Origin: Zoogloeaceae bacterium
Lineage (GTDB): Bacteria > Pseudomonadota > Gammaproteobacteria > Burkholderiales > Rhodocyclaceae
Length of the DNA: 36,186 bases
NCBI GenBank assembly: GCA_031274855.1
Contig: JAISPO010000012.1
Span: 1 to 36,186 of the forward strand
Direction: 5' to 3'
The number at the start of each line of letters is the position of its first letter. The stretch's first letter is position 1. Both the position numbers and the translations under genes were made by a program. Positions 29,950 through 36,186 of the stretch are shown in pieces. Below the pieces are notes generated by a model, which saw only the letters and a program-made list of their open reading frames with translations, ran no database searches and was not told the DNA's origin.

Positions 29950-31334
29950 AACACAAGGTTAAACGCATCCATTTCGTCGGCATCGGCGGCTCAGGCATGA
30001 GCGGCATCGCCGAGGTGCTGGCCAATCAGGGCTTTGAGGTTTCCGGTTCCGATATCGCCGAAAGCGCGACGACGCGGCGCATCGCCGGTCTCGGCATCAA
30101 AGTCGCCATCGGCCACGCGGCGGCCAATACGCAATCGGCGGATGCGGTGGTTGTCTCAACAGCGGTCAAAGCGGATAACCCCGAGGTGATTGCCGCCCGC
30201 GAGCGGCACATCCCCATCGTGCCGCGCGCGCAGATGCTGGCCGAGTTGATGCGCTTCCAGAAGGGCATCGCCATTGCCGGTACTCACGGCAAGACGACGA
30301 CGACAAGTCTGGTCGCGAGTTGCCTTGCCGAAGGCGGGCTGGATCCGACTTTCGTGATCGGTGGCCGCCTGAATGCCGCGGGCAGCAATGCCCGTCTCGG
30401 TCAGGGCGAGTTTCTGGTCGCCGAGGCCGACGAATCCGACGCCTCTTTCCTGCTCCTGTCGCCGGTGGCCTCGGTGGTCACCAATATCGACGCCGACCAC
30501 ATGGAAACTTACGGCCATGACTTCGGGCGTCTCAAGCAGGCGTTTGTCGATTTCCTCAATCGTCTGCCCTTCTACGGTGTCGCGGTGCTTTGTCTCGACG
30601 ATCCGAATGTCCGTGAAATCCAGCCGCGCATTACCAAGCAGGTGGTCACTTACGGCCTCGATACCAAGGCCAACATCCGCGCCGAAGATGTCGTGGCCGC
30701 AGGCGGGCAAATGCGCTTCACCTGCGTGCGCAGGAACGGCGCGACTTCGCGGCTGGCGGTGACGCTGAATCTGCCTGGAATGCACAACGTGCTCAATGCG
30801 CTCGCGGCCATCGCCATCGCCACCGAAGTTGGTGTTGCCGATGCCGCCATCGTCAAGGCGCTGGCCGAGTTCAAGGGCGTTGGCCGCCGCTTCCAGCGCC
30901 ATGGCGAAGTGGCGCTACCGGCGGGCGGCAGTTTCACGCTGATCGACGACTATGGCCATCATCCGGTTGAAATGGCCGCGACGCTGGCGGCCGCGCGCGG
31001 CGCGTTTCCTCAGCGGCGCATCCTGCTGGCTTTTCAGCCGCATCGCTACACGCGCACACGCGATTGCTTTGAGGATTTCGTCAAAGTGCTGTCGGGCGTT
31101 GACGCGCTGCTACTGGCCGAAGTTTATCCGGCGGGCGAAGCGCCCATCGTCGCTGCCGACAGCCGCACGCTGGCCCGCGCCATCCGCGTCGCCAGCAAGG
31201 TGGAGCCGGTGTTCGTGGAGGACATCGCAACGCTGCCCGAAGCGATCATCAACGCGGCGCAGCCGGGCGATGTGGTCATTACGATGGGCGCTGGTTCAAT
31301 CGGCGCTGTGCCTGCGAGGCTTGCCCATGTCTAA
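29946..31334 (+). CDS. murC: UDP-MurNAc:L-Ala ligase
   Basis: 462 aa from ATG 29946 (ATGA with murG). [53 protein letters not shown]. Confidence 0.94.
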   Translation: MKHKVKRIHFVGIGGSGMSGIAEVLANQGFEVSGSDIAESATTRRIAGLGIKVAIGHAAANTQSADAVVVSTAVKADNPEVIAARERHIPIVPRAQMLAELMRFQKGIAIAGTHGKTTTTSLVASCLAEGGLDPTFVIGGRLNAAGSNARLGQGEFLVAEADESDASFLLLSPVASVVTNIDADHMETYGHDFGRLKQAFVDFLNRLPFYGVAVLCLDDPNVREIQPRITKQVVTYGLDTKANIRAEDVVAAGGQMRFTCVRRNGATSRLAVTLNLPGMHNVLNALAAIAIATEVGVADAAIVKALAEFKGVGRRFQRHGEVALPAGGSFTLIDDYGHHPVEMAATLAAARGAFPQRRILLAFQPHRYTRTRDCFEDFVKVLSGVDALLLAEVYPAGEAPIVAADSRTLARAIRVASKVEPVFVEDIATLPEAIINAAQPGDVVITMGAGSIGAVPARLAHV

Positions 31335-32220
31335 ACTGCGCGGCGAACTGCGGGAAAACGAAGCGATGGCCGCGCATGTGTCCTGGCGGGCCGGCGGCGC
31401 CGCCGCCCGCGCTTACTTCCCCGCTGATCTGCCGGACTTGCAGGAATTCCTGCGCTGCCTGCGGCCCGACGAGCCGCTGCTGGCCGTCGGCTTGGGCAGC
31501 AATCTGTTGGTACGCGATGGCGGTTTCAACGGGACGATGGTGTTCACCCACGGCCTGCTCAATACCATCCGTCAGGAAGCGGACGGGACGCTTTACGTCG
31601 AGGCAGGCGTTGCCAGTCCCAAGGTGGCGCGATTTGCCGCCAACCTGAATCTGACCGGCGCTGAATTTCTGGCTGGCATTCCGGGCACCTTCGGCGGCGC
31701 ATTGGCGATGAATGCCGGTTGCTATGGCGGCGAAACCTGGCCGCTGGTCGAGCGCGTATTAATGCTCAACCGCGGTGGCGAATTAATCGAACGCAGGCCG
31801 GACGAGTTTGCCATCGGCTACCGGCATGCGGGTCTCAAAAATGTGACCGATGAACTGTTTGCCGCCGCATGGCTGCGCCTGCCCGCCGGAGACGGCGCGG
31901 CGGCGCGGACGCAAATCGCCGATCTGCTGGCCAAGCGGATGAACAGCCAGCCGCTCGATTTGCCCAATGCCGGTTCGGTGTTCCGCAATCCGCCGGACGA
32001 TTACGCGGCTCGCCTGATCGAAGCGGCGGGATTGAAGGGGGCAAGCGAAGGCGGCGCGCGCGTTTCCGAAAAGCACGCCAATTTCATCGTTAATCCAGAG
32101 GGCGCGGCCAGCGCGAGTGCGATAGAAAACTTGCTTAATCGGGTTCAAGCCGAAGTGCGTCAGCAATTCGGCGTGGAACTGGCGCGTGAAGTGCGTATCG
32201 TGGGGGAAAAGGCGTGGTGA
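31327..32220 (+). CDS. murB: UDP-N-acetylenolpyruvoylglucosamine reductase
   Basis: 297 aa from ATG 31327. FAD-binding fold ([14 protein letters not shown]), [37 protein letters not shown]. 8-nt overlap with murC. Confidence 0.9.
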   Translation: MSKLRGELRENEAMAAHVSWRAGGAAARAYFPADLPDLQEFLRCLRPDEPLLAVGLGSNLLVRDGGFNGTMVFTHGLLNTIRQEADGTLYVEAGVASPKVARFAANLNLTGAEFLAGIPGTFGGALAMNAGCYGGETWPLVERVLMLNRGGELIERRPDEFAIGYRHAGLKNVTDELFAAAWLRLPAGDGAAARTQIADLLAKRMNSQPLDLPNAGSVFRNPPDDYAARLIEAAGLKGASEGGARVSEKHANFIVNPEGAASASAIENLLNRVQAEVRQQFGVELAREVRIVGEKAW

Positions 32221-33134
32221 GCAGCGGCAATTTCGGCAAAGTGGCGGTGATGTTCGGCGGCAATTCCGCCGAGCGCGAAATTTCGCTCAAGAGCGGTCAT
32301 GCCGTGCTGGCCGCGTTGCGCCGCGCCGGTGTCGATGCCTACCCGTTCGATCCTGCCGAGCGTCCGCTGGCGGCGCTTAAAGAAGATGCCTGCGACCGGA
32401 TTTTCATCGCCCTGCACGGACGCGGCGGCGAGGATGGCCGCATGCAGGGCGCGCTCGATCTGATGGGCATTCCCTATACCGGCAGCGGCGTGATGGCTTC
32501 GGCGCTGGCGATGGACAAGTGGCGCAACAAACTGCTTTGGCAGGCCGCCGGTATTCCGGTGCCGGATTGCGTACTGCTGACCGCCAACAGCGATTGGCAG
32601 GCCGTGGCGGATCGCTTGGGGCTGCCGCTGTTCGTCAAACCGGCCAACGAAGGTTCGAGTATCGGCATCAGCAAGGTCAAGACCGCGGCCGATCTGCCCG
32701 CGGCTTACCGCGAAGCGGCCAAGTACGACCCGCTGGTGCTGGCCGAGCGTTTCATCGACGGCGACGAGGTGCAATTCCCGATTCTGGGCGATCAAGTGCT
32801 GCCGTCAATCCGCGTCGAGACGCCGCATGAGTTCTACGACTACGACGCCAAATATTTCGCCAGCGATACCCGCTACATCTGCCCCGGATTGTCGCCGGAA
32901 GAGGAAAAGCGGCTAACCGCGCAGGTGATGAATTCTTTTGAAGTTCTCGGCTGCCGGGGCTGGGCGCGTGTCGACCTCATGCTCGACCGCAAGACCGGCC
33001 AGCCGTATTTCCTCGAAATGAACACCTCGCCCGGCATGACCGATCACTCGCTGGTGCCGATGGCGGCCAGAGTCGCGGGCATTTCTTTCGAGGCGCTGGT
33101 GGTCAAAGTGCTGGAGATGGCGCGCCATGACTAA
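32214..33134 (+). CDS. ddl: D-alanine--D-alanine ligase
   Basis: 306 aa. [58 protein letters not shown] start 32214 or 32217, overlapping the murB stop. Confidence 0.92.
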   Translation: MVSSGNFGKVAVMFGGNSAEREISLKSGHAVLAALRRAGVDAYPFDPAERPLAALKEDACDRIFIALHGRGGEDGRMQGALDLMGIPYTGSGVMASALAMDKWRNKLLWQAAGIPVPDCVLLTANSDWQAVADRLGLPLFVKPANEGSSIGISKVKTAADLPAAYREAAKYDPLVLAERFIDGDEVQFPILGDQVLPSIRVETPHEFYDYDAKYFASDTRYICPGLSPEEEKRLTAQVMNSFEVLGCRGWARVDLMLDRKTGQPYFLEMNTSPGMTDHSLVPMAARVAGISFEALVVKVLEMARHD

Positions 33135-33915
33135 GCCCACGCGCCGCAACAAGGCAATGGAATCAGGAGAGGAAGGCTTCTGGGATCGTCCTCTGCTGAT
33201 CAATCTGGTCGCCGATCTGTTGATCGTCTTTGCCTGTGCCGCGCTGGCCTGGGCGGCGGCCAACGCGCTGCGGCGCTTGCCGGTTTTCCCGCTGCGCGCC
33301 GTGGTGGTTGCCGGAACGATGGACAACGTGACCCGCGACCAGATCGAGCAGGCGGCCAAGCTCGCGCTGACGGGCAATTTCTTTACCATCGACCTCGATC
33401 AAGTGCGTGCCGTGTTTGAAAAACTCCCTTGGGTGCGCCGCGCCGAAGTGCGCCGTCACTGGCCCGACACGCTGGAAATGGCGATAGAGGAGCATGTCGC
33501 GGTTGCCCGCTGGCGGCGCGCCGATGGCGAAACCCGCCTGGTCAATCAGGATGGCGAAGTTTTTGCCGCAGCCAGCGATCAAATCCTGCCGACCTTCGTT
33601 GGCCCCGATGGCAGTTCGGCGCTGGTGCTGGATCGCTACCGCGAATTCTCGGCGGCGCTCGCGGGCTTGGGCCGCAAGCCCGAAACGGTCGCGCTGTCGA
33701 ACCGCGAGGCATGGCAGATGAAGCTCGATGACGGGCTGATCGTCGAACTGGGCCGCGACGAGGCCAAGCACAGCCTGAGCGAGCGGGTGCATCGTTTTGC
33801 AAGCTGGTATCGGCCGGCTCTGGCGCAGGCTGGTCTGAGCCGCGCCCTTGTTGTCGATATGCGCTATCCGAATGGATTTGTTTTACGTCTGCCGCCGCCG
33901 GAACAGAAATCATGA
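33127..33915 (+). CDS. ftsQ: Cell division protein FtsQ
   Basis: 262 aa. Basic N-terminus, one TM segment ([22 protein letters not shown]), POTRA region ([30 protein letters not shown]). Canonical position. Confidence 0.88.
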   Translation: MTKPTRRNKAMESGEEGFWDRPLLINLVADLLIVFACAALAWAAANALRRLPVFPLRAVVVAGTMDNVTRDQIEQAAKLALTGNFFTIDLDQVRAVFEKLPWVRRAEVRRHWPDTLEMAIEEHVAVARWRRADGETRLVNQDGEVFAAASDQILPTFVGPDGSSALVLDRYREFSAALAGLGRKPETVALSNREAWQMKLDDGLIVELGRDEAKHSLSERVHRFASWYRPALAQAGLSRALVVDMRYPNGFVLRLPPPEQKS

Positions 33916-35159
33916 GCAAGGAAACCAAACGCGATCTGCTGGTCGGACTCGATATCGGCACTTCCAAGATCGTCGCTCTTGCCGCCGAACTTGATGCTGA
34001 AGGCCAGTTGAAGGTCATTGGCATCGGCAGCCACCAGTTCGAGGAAAGCAAGGACAAGGGTATGAAGAAGGGCGTCGTCGTCAGCATTGAAGCGACGGTC
34101 GACGCGATTTCGCGCGCCATTCAGGAAGTCGAGTTAATGGCGGGCTGCAAGGTCAAGGAGGTCTATACCGGCATTGCCGGCGCGCATATCAAGAGCAAGG
34201 ATTCCAACGGCATGGTGGTGGTGCGCGAGCGGGAAGTCACCGAATACGATGTCGCCCGCGCCATTGAAGCGGCCAACGCGACGCCGATTTCGGCGGATGA
34301 TCAAATTCTGCACACCATTCCGCAGGAGTTCATTGTCGACGGTCAGGATGGCGTCAAGGAGCCGATCGGCATGGACGCCAAGCGCCTTGAAGTGAAGGTG
34401 CATCTGGTCACCGGCGCGGTGACGGCCGTGCAGAACATCGTCAAGTGCGTGCATCGCTGCGGGCTGGAAGTCGTCGATCTGGTCTTGCAGCCGCTGGCTT
34501 CGGGGATGGCCGTGTTGACGGAGGACGAAAAGGATGTCGGCGTCTGTCTGGTTGATATCGGCGGCGGCACGACCGACATCGCGGTATTCACGCAGGGCGC
34601 GATTCGCCATACTGCCGTGATTCCGATTGCCGGCGACCAGATCACTTCCGATATCGGTATCGCCCTGCGTACTTCGACGCCCGATGCCGAGGACATCAAA
34701 ATTCGCTATGGCGTGGCCCTGCAACAACTGGCCGACCCTGAGGAAATGATCGACGTGCCCGGCGTCGGCGAGCGCCCGTCATCCCAGCTTTCCCGCCAAA
34801 CGCTGGCCGGTTTCATCCAGCCGCGCATTGAGCAGATTTATCAAATGGTGCGCGCGGAACTGGCGCGCAGCGGCTATGAGCGATTGTTGCGCGCCGGTAT
34901 CGTCATTACCGGCGGTTCCGCGACCATGCCCGGTATGACGGAGTTGGGCGAGGAAATATTTCACAACACGGTAAAGCTCGGACTGCCGCGTTACGGCGGG
35001 CCGTTGCACGAGATTGTCCACAACCCGCGTTACGCGACGGTGGTGGGCTTGCTGCTGGAGGGCATGACCCAAAAGCGGCGCGGTATGAAGGTGCAGAGGC
35101 CGGTGACATTCCGGCAAATATTGGCCCGCATGCGGGCTTGGTTCGGCAAAAACTTTTGA
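33912..35159 (+). CDS. ftsA: Cell division protein FtsA
   Basis: 415 aa. LLVGLDIGTSKIVAL, VDIGGGTTDIAVF, GIVITGGSA actin-fold motifs, and a C-terminal amphipathic tail (ILARMRAWFGKNF). ATGA overlap with ftsQ. Confidence 0.94.
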   Translation: MSKETKRDLLVGLDIGTSKIVALAAELDAEGQLKVIGIGSHQFEESKDKGMKKGVVVSIEATVDAISRAIQEVELMAGCKVKEVYTGIAGAHIKSKDSNGMVVVREREVTEYDVARAIEAANATPISADDQILHTIPQEFIVDGQDGVKEPIGMDAKRLEVKVHLVTGAVTAVQNIVKCVHRCGLEVVDLVLQPLASGMAVLTEDEKDVGVCLVDIGGGTTDIAVFTQGAIRHTAVIPIAGDQITSDIGIALRTSTPDAEDIKIRYGVALQQLADPEEMIDVPGVGERPSSQLSRQTLAGFIQPRIEQIYQMVRAELARSGYERLLRAGIVITGGSATMPGMTELGEEIFHNTVKLGLPRYGGPLHEIVHNPRYATVVGLLLEGMTQKRRGMKVQRPVTFRQILARMRAWFGKNF

Positions 35160-35182
35160 ATTGCAACAGCAAGGAGGCGAGC

Positions 35183-36186
<1,004 letters not shown>

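Noticed and set aside
19602-31326. N-terminally extended ORFs for rsmH (19602), murF (23454), murD (25956), ftsW (27539) and murB (30952).
   Set aside because: Each extension overlaps the preceding, well-supported gene and is Arg-rich. Recognisable family N-termini begin at start codons that overlap the upstream stop codon.

Overview
High-GC (about 62-67% in hand-counted samples) chromosomal segment, probably from a betaproteobacterium (inferred from protein similarities and synteny). It is almost entirely densely packed housekeeping genes. Order: DUF4197 (partial), rep, then purU-thrH on the minus strand. Next is a 1.3-kb low-GC orphan-gene block flanked by unusual repeats. Then DUF475-htpX-can, uvrA (minus) divergent from MFS-cysK-ssb, and a minus-strand envelope operon (yraN, SIS-domain DiaA/GmhA, dolP, rfaE2, Crp/Fnr regulator). 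Then rsmI-pyrC, RNase P RNA, and a complete, extremely compact dcw cluster (mraZ rsmH ftsL ftsI murE murF mraY murD ftsW murG murC murB ddl ftsQ ftsA ftsZ, the last cut by the window end). I found no CRISPR array, transposase, integrase, tRNA/rRNA or recognisable defence or toxin-antitoxin genes, so I cannot support a new multi-gene system here. Two things deserve a second look. (1) A ~52% GC, 330-aa membrane-anchored orphan gene is bracketed by inverted arrays of tandem heptamers (GNTNCAG) plus REP-like palindromes, and this block occupies the whole divergent promoter region between thrH and the DUF475 gene. (2) The murE gene starts right at the P-loop and lacks the entire N-terminal domain (about 100 residues), although it has a strong RBS and is coupled to ftsI. 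Smaller observations are a textbook MraZ operator (3 x GTGGG at 10-bp phasing), rnpB 10 nt after pyrC, and several zero or near-zero intergenic junctions. All calls come from reading the sequence and recalling protein families; no searches were run.
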